Below, one piece after another: positions 1 through 14,300 of a stretch of 64,000 nt of DNA. Under the pieces are notes generated by a model. It did not search any database, was not told where the DNA came from, and was given only the letters and a program-made list of their open reading frames with translations. Each line of letters begins with the position of its first letter. The first letter of the stretch is position 1. This DNA is from Chrysomallon squamiferum (Eukaryota > Animalia > Mollusca), in the NCBI GenBank assembly GCA_012295275.1, contig CM022672.1, positions 11,656,001 to 11,720,000 on the forward strand, in the 5' to 3' direction. A program made the translations under genes and the position numbers.

Positions 1-1
1 G

Positions 2-655
2 TTAGAAAGAAAACACAGCTGTTTTGACGAGCGATTATTGAAACTGGAGAAAGGTCGAAATTATTACGTGGGTCCTTTCCTTCAGTCCTGGAAATATTTC
101 CACTCGGCTGCTGAACGGGTGAGAGGACAGTTCGTTTTTAAAACTGAAATAACAGCAAAAGCTCGAATTATTTTTGATGAAATTGTCACGAAAATTAAGA
201 AAAAAATGAAGAAAGATACTTCAGAAGACAGAACTACGTATGTTGGAATCCATGTTAGGCGCGGAGACATCTTGGCCAGATCTAAATTTATTAAATACGG
301 CTACCTAGCGGCACCGAAGACGTACATTGAAAAAGCGATGCTGTATTTCACCAGGAATTATTCAAATGTTGCTTTCTTAATTGGTTCTGACAATTTGACC
401 TGGGCGAAAGAAAACATTAAACATCCAAACGTATTCTACTTGGACGGTAATTCGCCCGAAGTGGATATGAGCATATTAATCAAATGTAACCACACGATTA
501 TGACTGTCGGGAGTTTCGGTTGGTGGACTGGTTTTCTTACACGAGGCATTACTCTCTATTACAAATATCCGGCCAAGAAAAATTCACCGTTAAGTAGACA
601 GTTCTCCAAAGACTATTCTGATTATTACTATCCTGGCTGGATTGGAATGCAATAG
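2..655 (+). CDS. Alpha-1,2-fucosyltransferase (GT11, FUT1/FUT2-like), 3' part; 5' end lies outside the window
   Basis: Frame open from base 2 (LERKHSCFDERLLKLEK...) to TAG 653-655. GT11 motifs: FLQSWKYF, VGIHVRRGD, GSDN, CNHTIMTVGSFGWW, YYPGWIGM. Confidence 0.93.
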   Translation, partial: LERKHSCFDERLLKLEKGRNYYVGPFLQSWKYFHSAAERVRGQFVFKTEITAKARIIFDEIVTKIKKKMKKDTSEDRTTYVGIHVRRGDILARSKFIKYGYLAAPKTYIEKAMLYFTRNYSNVAFLIGSDNLTWAKENIKHPNVFYLDGNSPEVDMSILIKCNHTIMTVGSFGWWTGFLTRGITLYYKYPAKKNSPLSRQFSKDYSDYYYPGWIGMQ

Positions 656-768
656 TATACCTTCATTATATTTTAATATTTTTAATATAGTCATGTCACA
701 AATGTATTTTTAATGTATTGAAAAAGAAGAATAAAATATTTATATTTCAGTTTTATTTGTGAATTTCC

Positions 769-802
<34 letters not shown>

Positions 803-2098
803 TTTTATATATATATATATATATATATATAATAATCACACACAAAGCATGCAGAGAGAGATAATGACAGAAAAAAATCTGTCCTGTGAATGTTAGAATG
901 CCGAACAGGATAAACCTGATATCTAAATTTAAGTTCAGTTTTATTTTTAAAACAGGTCAAATTTACATCACGCAGTTTTATTGTTCAGTATGATAGCATG
1001 GGCGCAACTGTAAGTCTCCTACTGAGTTCGTTCACCTCGTCATATCTACACGCTTCTGCACTTCATTAGCCACCACTGGCATTCTTTTCATATTCAGAAT
1101 AACATTCGGTTTTTTTTTTTAAATATCTGATTTTGTCGAGGTGCCAATTCCAAATTTCTCAGCTGTTTCTGATTTAATTTGGGTACAGATTCAGAATCCC
1201 ATATTAAATTAATTTTGGAATTTAATGAAAGTTCAATTTACGAGAATATATGAAATAAATGATAAAATATGTGCATTATTGATCTTTTCATTCGATTTGT
1301 AAATTGTGAATAAAATGTGACAGTGAGTAGGGGGCTGTGTTAGTTTTAATTTCTTTGTTATCACATCCATAAATCCATGAGATGATTAACAAGCTTTGTC
1401 GTAACTTCACGGCGAAGATCTAAAATGTGATTACTGGTGTAAGTAAGACGCTTAGAAAAGTGAAACCAATCGACTAATTACCAGATAGTCAGAATGCCTG
1501 GTTTGAGATCTCGCCGTAGATAAACCGGTCAGGTAGTCAGCAGAGCTTACCTGGCTTACGGTTTGTCGTGGGCCATTAATTCAGTAACTTAAGCCGTTGC
1601 GGATGAAAACCGATCTGGGATCTGTAGTATACAGGATTCGGTTCATTAAGGGTTCAAGTAAATTCGTGACCAAACATTACCAAAATAGATGGCCGGTTTT
1701 GTCAGTTTCCACTGGATATTATTATTTTGAAACTAAACATAGCAGATAAGAAGAGGCAAGAAATGTTTTTTCAGTAGCTGAGTATGACAAAGATTAAAGA
1801 AGAAGATTTCAGTCGAAGGAAAATATTTGTAGAGTTTTGATTTTGATCACAATTCTTATACTGAAAGCTATCATTTTACAAAATGTGGAATTAATATTTA
1901 CCACTAAGGTATCGTGAACATTACAGAAATTTAAAAAAAAAAAAAAAAACGAAAGAAGGAAAAAGATTCTTAATATTACGCTCCTTTACATCTGCCAATT
2001 TCGAATTATTTGATAATAAAAGTATTCACCAATTTGTGTTAAGAGGTCCTGTCATTTACGTAGGAACATCAATGAATCGGTCAAAAAGTTTATATAAC

Positions 2099-2356
<258 letters not shown>

Positions 2357-2502
2357 AACCATTCTTAATCAAGTTTTACATAGTGTGAATTACCGCAGCT
2401 ATTTCTGTGGTCTCAGCTTTTCTGTTTAACAAAAGATTTGACCATTCGCATATAATTAATTATAGCCTAATAATAATAGAATATATATATATATTTTTTA
2501 TT

Positions 2503-2544
<42 letters not shown>

Positions 2545-2885
2545 TTTATTGGACATTACTATTAGAAAATTAAACTGTTTTATTTAAAAAGCCGAATTCG
2601 TGCAAAACAGGTTAAACAACAACAGTATGCAATTTGACAACAACAGTATGCAAAAGCGATTAACAAATTGATTAGTGCCTCTGTTCGAAGGGAAATCGAA
2701 GAAATTAGCGTAATCACTGTGTGTAGTTATCACTGTATTAAAGCCGATAAATAATGAAGAATTAAAAAAAGAAAGAAATACAGTTCGCTTCTAACTTGAA
2801 GCCCATTAGGAAAACATATGACGACGACTAATAAATATTAGTAATAAAATTAATGTGTCGAGATTTCTTTAAATAACTATTTTAT

Positions 2886-3108
2886 TTATGCTTTTATAAC
2901 CATTATGGATATAGAAAAACGTGCCCTTTTAGCTCTGACATTCACGTTTTGTGGAAACGTCAGTTTGAAAACTGTTTACTTTCACAGACCGATTACTCCA
3001 GAGTACGACAGATGGTGTGAAGTATGTAAACAAATGACATCGATGCTCATTTTGTTTGTCGCTTTGTGCTCTGAAATGCTATATCCATGAATGGATATAA
3101 AATATAAA
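2886..3108. mobile_element. Probable small non-autonomous DNA transposon (MITE)
   Basis: Imperfect terminal inverted repeat: TTTTATAACCATTATGGATATAG (~2891-2913) versus CTATATCCATGAATGGATATAAAA (~3079-3102). Confidence 0.45.
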
Positions 3109-3372
3109 CCATTTTCTAAAATACTGACCTTCTTTAATGAGTATCCAATATTAATAGTCGGTAGTTCTTATTATTTAATGTAATTAATAAATATAAATAT
3201 TTAAATAATACCATTAACAAAAAAATACATGGAGTTATTTCTTTTATTATTATTTATCCTTCTCTTCCATTCCGCTTACAATATTTTTTTTTTTTTTTTT
3301 TTTTTTTTTTATATCCACTGAGACAAGTATTCTACTGAAAAATAAAACAGTTCCTTTGCGTCAGTATTTGAT

Positions 3373-4670
3373 TTATTCCATTCCAATCCATCTAGGGTAG
3401 AAAAAATCAGAAAAATCTTTAGAGAAATGCTTCCTTAATTTTGAGCCTTCCTTAGCTGGATGTTTGTAATACACAGTTGTTCCTCCTGTTAGAAATCCAG
3501 CCCACCATCCAAACGTACCCACCGTCATTATAGTGTGATTACAGTGGATAAGAACACTCATATCCACTTCCCTTGAATTACCACGAACGAAGGCAACGTT
3601 TGGACCTTTTATGTTATCCATTGACCACCTCATGTCGTCAGAACAAACCACAAATAAAACATTCGAAAAATTTCGAGTAAAATAATCCATGGCTTTTTCT
3701 ATGTACTGTTTAGATGCAACACGATAACCATACTTAATAAATCTCATTTGATTTGTGATGTCTCCACGTCTGACATGAATTCCAACCAAAGTTAATTCTT
3801 CCAACGTTATTTTAATACCATCGCCATTTTGTTTTTTTAAATAATCATTTTTAATATTTCTTATGATTTTTTCAGCTTTCTTCGATATCTCAGGTTTAAA
3901 CGTGAACTGTTTTTAATTTCTTTTACAACCGCCTCAAAATACTTCCAAGACTGAAGATAAAGTCCAATTTGATAGCTTTTACCTTTTGTTAAATTAAAAA
4001 GATTCGCGTCAAATGAACAGAACTTGTTACAGTATTTAACTATAGCTTCCTGATAGACACATTTATCAACAACGACGACGTCCAGCATGAAATACTCGAG
4101 CAGAAGATGTTTTGTGTACACTACCATTGTTGAATTCATATGGGCGGCTACTCCATATGCTGATGCATAAGAAAACATCCAATTTCCAAGACCTCCTAGT
4201 ATTCGTTCGCTGATAAATCCTGATGGTACTGGATTTATGCATTCATGCGACCTTTCAGAAGTTTTAGTTATTGACTGAACACTCTTTATATTTTTTCGTG
4301 CCTTGTAGTCATTGGTCTTAATTTTTAATTTCATATCGGAATTCACGAGCTGTTTTCTGGAAGTGTGTTTTTGTCTCAAAATGCTCGGATGAAAAAAGAA
4401 AATCGTCACACACGTCACAAACAGACAAATAACGAAGAAACAACCTGTAAAAATAAAATAGTAATTGAAATGACTATTATAAGATATCATTAAAATGTCA
4501 TAAATGGGGATTTTTTACTACTGCATTTTTTACTACTGAATTTTTTATAACGATATCATTAGAAATGTTTATACTGTATTAAAAGGGAAAGCGAAAGCAA
4601 AATACTACTACTACTACTACTAATAATAATAATAATTGTAATAACAAAATAATAATAATAATAATAACAA

Positions 4671-4708
<38 letters not shown>

Positions 4709-4814
4709 GCCCGAAGAAATAAAAAGAAAAGAATAATATAACAAAAGTAAAAGAAAAGAAAAAAGTATATAATAAAAATATTGTGGTAACAACAACAACA
4801 ATAACAGTAATATA

Positions 4815-4886
<72 letters not shown>

Positions 4887-5015
4887 TTAATAATAATTAC
4901 GATGATGATGATGATGATAAAATAAATAAAACAATTTCATTTTTATAGTTAAAAAAGAAAATTAAAAATTAAAATTAAAACAAATTTTCTTACTCTCTTT
5001 CCGATGATATCGCAT
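3373..5015 (-). CDS. Alpha-1,2-fucosyltransferase paralogue (GT11), 2 coding exons, with a 1-nt frameshift at 3910-3914 (null allele, pseudogene or assembly error)
   Basis: Exon 1 5015-4994 (ATG CGA TAT CAT CGG AAA GAG A|gtaag); exon 2 4444-3373 (tttttacag|GT TGT), phase 1 on both sides. Type II membrane anchor CFFVICLFVTCVTIFFF; motifs GGLGNWMFSYAS, YLQSWKYF, HVRRGD, CSDD, MTVGTFGWWAG. One extra A in the A5 run joins the two track ORFs into 364 aa. Confidence 0.88.
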
Positions 5016-5057
5016 TATTGAAATTTAACCATAAAGCTTACATGAGAAAAATATGAC

Positions 5058-5295
5058 TGGAATACTCCACGTCCGATAATTTTACTTGGATCTGTTGATG
5101 TCATTCTACGAAAACACGTGTTCACCAAATCAATTTTATGTAATCAGAGAAAGAAAAAAAAAAGTAGAAATACGAGCAAATACTTCAGTCTTAAATAATC
5201 GGACTTCTTAAACAATGTGACATATGGTCCGTTGTTAACATAAATGGAAAAGAAAGAAAATTTGAACATATACTGTCTCTTATTAGGAGTCAGTC
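5058..5295 (-). repeat. Copy A of a ~240-bp inverted repeat (5' UTR/promoter region of the minus-strand FUT)
   Basis: Reverse complement of 7340-7584 with few mismatches, e.g. GGACTTCTTAAACAATGTGACATATGGTCCGTTGTTAACATAAATGG. Confidence 0.92.
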
Positions 5296-5553
5296 GAGTC
5301 AAATGAATTAGATGAGATAATGAACAGTCAACATGTAAACATTTGTGGAGTTGCTGCGAGGGATCGTCAATATGCACCTTCCCGTAAACTGGAAATCATA
5401 TATAGCGCAGCGTTTAATAAATCAGTCGCGGAGTAGTGGTTGGAACATGAATTTACATGTAAGATATTGTTTTGTGACGTAGTTTCACAACACAAAAATA
5501 TCTTTTTGAGATGACCGCCACAGTTTGGATTAAATACTAGAAATCTGGATGAA

Positions 5554-5619
<66 letters not shown>

Positions 5620-5847
5620 TAATAATAAATAAATAAATAAAAAAATTATTTTAAAAAATAAAAATAAAAAATACCCATATTGAACAGGAAAAGTACCCAG
5701 AAACATATTTTTGGAAATGCAGACATCAATTTAAAATTTTATTTTATTTTATTTTATTTTGTTTGTTTATTTTATTATAATTTTTTTTTTTTTTTTTTTT
5801 TTTTTTTGCAGTGTTATTTTATTATTATTATTTTATTTTATTTTATT

Positions 5848-5882
<35 letters not shown>

Positions 5883-6186
5883 TTTTTTAAATAGTTGTTA
5901 AAGAAATGTAATTAATTTAAAAAAATTAAATATCAAATTACTATGGATAACTGAAGGAACAGAGTTGTCGATTTTTTCTGATCATAAAAGTTTTTTTAAA
6001 GTTTTCTGTCAGCTTCAGTATATTTCAAAGGGTAGATTCTAGATTGAGGATGTCAGTGAAGACATTTTCAATATGACTGATATCCTTTTCATAAACGTTA
6101 TGGAATTTTATTTTGACAAAAAAAAAAAAAAAAAAAAAAAAAATATCCTTTTGTGACATTTCCTCAGATCCATAAATGAATGACAA

Positions 6187-6254
<68 letters not shown>

Positions 6255-6299
6255 ACTAGACAATACCAGAAGAATCAAAATTAAATAATAATTAAACAG

Positions 6300-6880
6300 A
6301 CTTCAATGCATATCAAATTAACAATTTTCATATATTCACCGTTATGTTTGTCCACTGCTATTCCAGTTTTAATTTTACACCCTTTCCAAGCACTACTTCT
6401 TTAGTTTTATTACTATTTCTATTTAGCTTCCACCTAATAGTATTTACATGAAGAATATCAGCTTTTGCAATCTCACTGGCGTATATTAGTAAGGGAAATA
6501 AGAATATTAAATTTTAACGCATACAATAGGTTAGTAGTATTAATTAACATCATTTCTATGTTTAATTACAAATAAAGAAAATACAAATGGCGTAAGAGTT
6601 TTCCCCATCTTAAACTAGACTTGTACAAGTAAACTTCGTATAATTAGCATTGTTATTTTACTTGATTATACTTTAATTGCAACGTTCTTTCTCTTTAAAC
6701 CCAATTTAGCAATTTCTAACGCTTTATGTTTCACCGAATCGAAAGATTTACTGTAATCAATGAAAGCACAATAAAGTTTTTTCTCGCTGCAAGCGTGGTA
6801 GTTATCAGATTACGAAGGACAAAAATACCATCAGTAATAAGAAAAATGGGCTATAATGCCAACTGTGCATCTAACTTAAT
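6300..6880 (-). mobile_element. Degenerate non-LTR retrotransposon reverse-transcriptase fragment (CR1/L2-like)
   Basis: Minus-strand translation near 6720-6840 gives ITDGIFVLRNLI...EKKLYCAFIDYSKSFDSVKHKA, the LINE RT motif; the rest is broken by stops and frameshifts. Confidence 0.75.
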
Positions 6881-7127
6881 ATTGTTAGATTAAATCCCTT
6901 TATGTTTGCTACTGTCTAAAAAAAAAATGATTTGGGTTTCAGTGCGACAATACACTCAGTCATGGCTGTAACCAGACTCTTTTTGAAAAACTGATGTCTT
7001 TGAAGACAGTTATGATGTCTGTAGACTTCAAACGGTAACCGTAGACATAAACGAATTCAGTCAGTGGATATTGTTTCTTTCGGAATAGACATTTATGTCA
7101 TATATTTTTTAAATAAAATTTTTGCAT

Positions 7128-7165
<38 letters not shown>

Positions 7166-7339
7166 GTAAAAAAAATTTGTTTTAAAATAAAAATTAAAAA
7201 ATCCTCTATTTCGGTATGAAGCATTTGCCTCATTTGCCTCAATGTAGTTATGGCCAAGCCAGCCATGATAAAACGCCTTAGATATCAGTGACGCAGTCGG
7301 TCAGTTGGTACTTTCTTAGCTTCTATTTGAAAAAGATTT

Positions 7340-7584
7340 GACTGACTCCTAATAAGAGTCAGTACATGTTCAAATTTTCTTTCTTTTCCATTTATGTTAA
7401 CAACGGACCATATGTCACATTGTTTAAGAAGTCCGATTATTTAAGACTGAAGTATTTGCTCGTATTTCTACTTTCTTTTTCTGTTTTTTTTTTCTCTGAT
7501 TACATGAACTTGATTTGGTGAACACGTGTTTTCATAGAATGACATCAACAGATCCAAGTAAAATTATCATACGTGAAATATTCC
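7340..7584 (+). repeat. Copy B of the ~240-bp inverted repeat
   Basis: Reverse complement of 5058-5295. Confidence 0.92.
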
Positions 7585-7791
7585 CATTATATTTATTAAT
7601 GAATATCACTTTTGAGACTGAAAGGCTTACGAAAGCTATAAACCGTTATATCTTATAATACATTAAAACAAAAATAATAATAATAATAATAATCCTTTAG
7701 ATCATAGATTTCAACCTGGGGTCGCGACCTCCAGAGAGGTCGCCAGCCTTTTTTCTGTATTGTAGCTCAAGGAAAGATGTATATACATACA

Positions 7792-7822
<31 letters not shown>

Positions 7823-8009
7823 GCTTACACATATAATATACACATACATACATATATACATATATATGTTTACACATATACATATATACATATATAATAA
7901 ACATACATACATACATATAGATGCTTACACATATACATATATACATATATAATATACACACATTTACATACATACATCAACAACAACAACGACGACGACG
8001 ACGACGACG

Positions 8010-8044
<35 letters not shown>

Positions 8045-8321
8045 AATAATACAAGTAGGCTTACCATTATTTTATCCGGCTTGAGATGTGTGTTAATTTG
8101 GGCCTATATATACTTTTCTTCGTTTATTTTATATTTTAAATAGATAAAAAAAGACTTACTCCAAAGAAAATCCTGTAAGTGCAGAAATCCTGGTCATCTC
8201 CGGCCACAGGCTTGCTGGGTGAAATGGTTTAGTATCAACAGGTTGATTTTACAGGTTATATTAAAAAGCGGTGTTTTGTTTCTATAAATAAATCGAAAGC
8301 GAAATCATGTGATCGTTCAAA

Positions 8322-8566
8322 ATGGCAGCCAACAAGAGTAAATATAGCATTTTTATCATTTGTGCGGCTATAGTAAGTGTCCAAATTGATATTGTTTTAA
8401 AGCTATATTAGTGTTTTAAGAGATATTAAGAAGATTACATAAATATTACGTAATTCTAGTAACATATCTTTTCAAAGCATTCGTCAGTGATCATAATAAT
8501 TGTTTGTTAGTACAAAGTTCTGTTTAAGCTAATGTCGGTTTATCCCATAATGCAGTCTTCTTAAAA

Positions 8567-8602
<36 letters not shown>

Positions 8603-8755
8603 CAAATAAAAAATAAAATACACGTGAGCGTGACTTATCATATGAAGTATAGATTAAAAGTCACAAAAAACAAAAACAAAAACAAAAAAAAAATCCTGTA
8701 CTTTTCCCCTGCTGCATTATTATTTTTGATATTTGTTATTGGTGTTTGGTGGAAA

Positions 8756-8800
<45 letters not shown>

Positions 8801-11334
8801 TTTTTTGCTTTCGCTTTCCCTTTTAATACAGTATAAACATTTCTAAGGATATCGTTATAAAAATTAATTATTAGCATTATTAGAAAGAATAAGTAACTGG
8901 AAAATTGCTGCATTTAATTCTTTTTTTTTTTTTTTTTTTTTATTTCAGTGTTCATTGACATATTTAATGTAATGTCACAATCCTTGTAGGTGAAATTCTT
9001 TTTGCACATTTATATCTGTCACAGAATATAGCTAGGGTATTTTTTGAAATCATTTTTATGATAAATAAAGTGTTGTTAATTTCCCTATCGAATCATTCCA
9101 GCTTGCAGTCACAATTTCTAAAACTGATGTGAATGTTCAGACAATTGAAAAAGTGCACATCATTTTTATGAATCATTTAGGTAGGTTGCCATTTTTAATA
9201 TGCATATTAATTATTTCTATCATACATTTTTATTATATTTAATAATATTGTTTATAATTTTAATGTAATGTTTATAATTATTAATATAATGTTTATAATT
9301 TTTGAGTAATATTTTATAATTTTTAATATCATGTTTACAATTTCTAATACAATGTTTATAATTTTTATTTAATGTTTATAATTTCAATGAAATATTTATG
9401 ATTTTTAATATGACGTTCAAAAATTTAATGTAATGTTTATAATTTTTAAGTTAATGTTTATAATTTTTAATATAATGTTTATGGTTTTTAATTCTGTTAT
9501 CCTTAATTACTGGTGATGACCAGTCACCCAGAATAATAAAATAATTACTAGGAAAAAATCAAAAATCTTGTTAGACCAATTATTTGTAATGTCACAAGTA
9601 CACTTTAAATTGTTGATAATACGTAAAATGAAATTATCATTATGAAAAAAAAATGAAAAAAAAAAAAAAACCTAAAAAATTGAATTTACAATTAGAGATT
9701 ATGAATACAGTGAAATTTTCAAAATAAATAACATTTAATTGTAAATGCAGAATATCTATCCAAAGAAATAACCACAAAAAAAAATAAATAAATAAATAAA
9801 TAAATTTATTAATTTCTAATTGGAGACTATGATTATAAAGAAATATTCAAGATAAAAAGAATCTCAATTTCTAATTACAGACGTTGGGTATAATGGACTT
9901 ACAAAGAAGACTGGCTTCATTAATAATGTTCTCAATGCTTATTTTACTGAGTATTTCCCAAGAGCAGTGAGTCTTTCCGAAGAGCTGCGAATGGGCCAGT
10001 ATGTGGAAACATTTGTCTACACCACTCACCCTTGGCTTGTCAGCCTGTACCTTGACTGTCCTCACCTGGTGCTCAACAACATACCTTTAAAGGTTGGCAG
10101 ATGATTTCATTTTGAATTCAAAATAAGGGATACCAAGTGGTAACTCTCTTCACAGCCAGTATTTCACTTCTTGTTTATTCATTATTTGTCTCTTCCCAGG
10201 TTAATGAATACTACTCATTTGTGTGGTTTTTTGAACTACAGATTTAAAGACAGTCTTATTTAAAGTACAAGGACTGAATATGTGTTTGGGTTGTTGTCGA
10301 ATAATCATTTCTTTTTTCTTCTTTACTTCTTTTTAACAGTAACTGAATTATCAAATAGAAAATAAAAGCTATTTAAGTATTTTACATACATACATGCATA
10401 CATACATACATACATACATACATACATACATTCATTCATTCATACATACATACATACATTCATTCATACAGACAGACAGACAGACATACATACATACATA
10501 CATACACTATTAAAAAGATTTAATGCAATACTAATTGTTTTATTTTTGTCAGTGCCCAAACTAGAATCGTCCATATATTTCACACCATTAGCAAAATGCT
10601 TCTCTTATCCTTAATGTAAGTACTATTTATTTTATTTTAACCAGTGTCCAAACTTCATTGAGAAGGCAGCATTTAAATCCGCTGTTGAGCGCGGAGATAT
10701 AGCCTGGCATGCCGGACCAATGAACATGCAGCCTGAGAATATGAATGAGATGGCGTTCCAACTTGGACTCAACATAAGTTTAAATGTCGATGCCATGTTT
10801 GGTATTAAAAGAAAGTTTGCAACCCTCAGTCAGCGAGATGTACCTGGTATGTTTCAAATATTTTGAGTAAAAATGTTAATTTTGTGTATGTATAAAAACA
10901 GCTAATTCATTTTTTGTAAAAGAAAGTAATTTCGTTTTTTTTTTTTTTTTTTTTTTCACTGTTTTTATAGTAATATATATTGATTTATAAAAATTATGAA
11001 AATTCGACAAAATTTATTATTTTTAAGTATTATTAGTTATCAAATGTTTTTTTTAATAATGTCTGCATAATGATAATACTAGAAAAAAAACCCTGTGTCT
11101 GTAAATTCATGGATTATTGTTTTAATTTAGCAGAAGAGCTCTTTTTGTATTCACCTACCCTGTTACAGCCTTTTATATATTTTACTGGCATTTGATTTTA
11201 TATATATATATATTTATTTATTTATTTATATATATTTATTTATTTATTTTAATTAATATAAATATAAGTATCTGTCTCTAGATATGTATGCATGCATGTA
11301 TGTATGTATGTATGTATGTATGTATGTATGTATG

Positions 11335-11366
<32 letters not shown>

Positions 11367-14300
11367 TGTATGTATGTATGTATCTATTAATTTCATAATG
11401 AAGTTTTATTGGTTTTTAATTTATTTATTTATTTTTGTATAAATTACAATGTTATCAATAATAAAGAATAACCAAAGGAAGAAATAAATAATTATATTTT
11501 GTTTTCTACCGACCCACTTGTAATGAAATTTTAATTTGTTCTAGGAATGACTCAGTCTGTTATTCCGAGTCTGGTGAAGTATGGGGTGAAGGCGATATCA
11601 GTCGGAGTAAACTCAGGCACAAGTCCACCTGCAGTGCCCAACCCATTTCTGTGGAGGTTTGAAAACAATGAAGTTATTGCCTTCTGGCATCCAGGTCTGT
11701 TTTAATCTTAGTAAAACTCATACAGACACTGTTACTTGATTTTCACTAGTTTGGCTGAATTGTTCCAGTAATGGCCATTTTATTGCAAAATGGCATATTT
11801 GTGAAAAATGTTTTGTAAAAAATACAATGAATCCTAAGAATGAAGACATTTTTTAATTAATATTTCATTACATTTGTGTTTGGTTATTGGAGGTCATACC
11901 TCTGGTGTTAGTATTATAAAGAGAGAAACAAACTTGATGCCAAGGTTCCATGGTTACTATTCAGTGAGCAACAAGATATCATTTATGTGCACATTGCCAC
12001 AGGCAGTAGAAAACATACTGATGATGTTGTTAAATCAATTGTGGAGTGTGTGATTGAACTAGAAAGAGTCCATCAAACCAGCTTTAATTTGTTAATGTAA
12101 TCATTTGTCGGTTTTATAAAAACCTTAAGTTTAAAAATAATTATTTTTATCCAATGCCAAAAAAAATATATATTTTAGATGAAAAAAAAAAGTAAATTGG
12201 AGATAAGAGGAAAGAAGTCTTTAAATGTTCTATAGAAACACATTCAGTTTTATACTTATTCAAATTTCAAATATCTATCAAATTAACTATCTCTCTATCT
12301 TCTGTATATATAGACATATGCACATACATGCATGTACATTTTCTGTAACTATATCTTTCTTTAATATAAATTTTTAATTCTGTTATTCAGTTACATGTGC
12401 GAAATACAAGACGTTTTTTCTTTGACTCTTACAGGAGGTTATCCAGGGAACCCAGGACCTTCTCCTGCTGACCCCCAGGGACTGTCAAAGAAAGACTGTC
12501 TTATTATTGAGGGATTCTCACAAGTTCTGTGTTTTGCATTCAGAACAGACAACAGTGGGCCACCTCTTAATATTCAGGTTAGTTTAATCTTTAAAAACCA
12601 GAAAAGAATAGTGTTAAATCGTAAGATGTGGCACAGAAATAAAGCCTAAATAAAAAATCTTACTTTTCTTTATGTTATTTTTATTCCTGTATGCTTAGTA
12701 AATATGTCATGTCAAACAGTGTTGTATGTGTTCAAGAAACACATTATAATTTCCTTTTTTGTACTTTTATATAGCATTTACTCAGTTTATCAGTATTTAA
12801 CCACCAAATAATATTTTTCTTATTACAGGAACTTCAAGCTATTGTACCTGGATATTATTTTTTTACATAACATGTTATGTTTACTTTGAATTCTTATAAT
12901 TTCAGGAAATACTGAGTAATTATGAAATTTTGAGAAAGGAGTTTCCCGGAGCCAAGCTTGAAGCATCAACATTTGACAAATACATTGAATCTCTCCAGCC
13001 AATAAAACACACCTTTCCAGTGGGCTCGTTTGAAGTTGGAGATACCTGGATTCAGGGAATAGCTTCCGACCCTCTCAAGATGGCCAAGTACTGGACATTC
13101 AGCAACACTCTGAAGAACTGTTTTCTTTCCGGTGAGTCTTCACTGTACAAAAAGAGAGAGTATCTTCCATAGAGGGTCTCTCTGTATTTTGCATGTTACA
13201 AACCTCATGGGCAACAGAGTCAGTCTTGATAAGTGATCCATGTGGACTGTTTCCTAATCCCTCACAGGAACATGTATCTTGCTGAAGTTAAGTGGTTATA
13301 GACCTGAAAGATCAGTCTTCCTGAGGAACCATGAGGACTATTTACCACTCCAACCCAGAGCTCTAATGTCTGGCTGAAGTTAAATGGTTAGAAAATGAGT
13401 GTGACCTGATAGGTCATGGGATCAATCCTTCTGAGTGAACCAGTTGGGTTATTTCCCATTCCACTCAGTGACTCATTTTTTCTTTTCTTTTTTAAATCAA
13501 AGGTTATAGTTTGTGCATTCCATACTCTGGTAAGATGCCAGTAAAAGATCCCTTGCTGTTGATCAAGAAAGAGTAGTTCATGGGAACATAAAAAGATAAG
13601 CATCCAAAGTTTAATTCAGTTTATATGATGAATGCATGAATTGAATTTATTGAGAATATGTAAGCCAGCTCAAGCTTCTGCCACAAATAAAAAAGATTAC
13701 ATGCTGTTAAACAAAAATAACTTGGGAAGTGGCAGCAGTGGATGTACTCATTATACCAGCTGTATATTTGATAACCTTAAAATGTCCATTAAACTTGAAT
13801 TTGTTAACTAGTCATACCCTCATTTCTGTGCTTCACTAATGTTTAATATTTGAGTTATACAATTGTTCATTTCATTATATATTATATGTTCTTAAAAATA
13901 ATTATTTATTTCACTTGCAAGATAACTTTTTTAACCTATATTTTATGATAATTAAATTTTAAAATATACATATATATATATATATTTTTTTTTTTTTATT
14001 ACTTATACTTTTATTATTTTTATTTTTATTTTATTTAATTTTTATTATTATGTTTTTTTTTCTTAAGGCCATTGCCAAGGTGGTGACCCTAGAATTCAGA
14101 AGGCTGCGAGGTATTTGATAAAACTGGCAGAACACACTTGGGGTTTGCCTTCAGTGAATGATGACATCAACTGGTCAAACAAAGCCTTTGAGAAAGTAAA
14201 ATATGGTTAGTTCATATCTGGTTTATTTTATGTTTTCAGTGGGCAGATGTAAGTGCATTAATTTTGTAGCAGGATTATAGGTTTGAATCAATATGCAATG

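Noticed and set aside
1420-1720. CpG-richer segment between the two FUT genes
   Set aside because: No ORF, terminal repeats or recognisable RNA motif; probably an old repeat fragment.
3905-3920. Programmed -1 ribosomal frameshift in the FUT gene
   Set aside because: The heptamer is T AAA AAC, not X XXY YYZ, and no stimulatory structure is evident; an indel is simpler.
8055-8200. Minus-strand mini-exons with good donors (ATG|gtaagc; MTRISALTGFSL..|gtaagt) as alternative first exons of the FUT
   Set aside because: Phases 0 and 2 do not match the phase-1 FUT acceptor; they may be non-coding, which cannot be shown from sequence alone.
10553-10615. Possible poison exon (tcag|TGCCCAAACTAG...|gtaagt) resembling the start of exon 4
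   Set aside because: The downstream intron would be only 29 nt; probably a decayed partial duplication or chance.
13370-13450. tRNA gene
   Set aside because: Only a decayed tRNA-like SINE head; no cloverleaf could be built.
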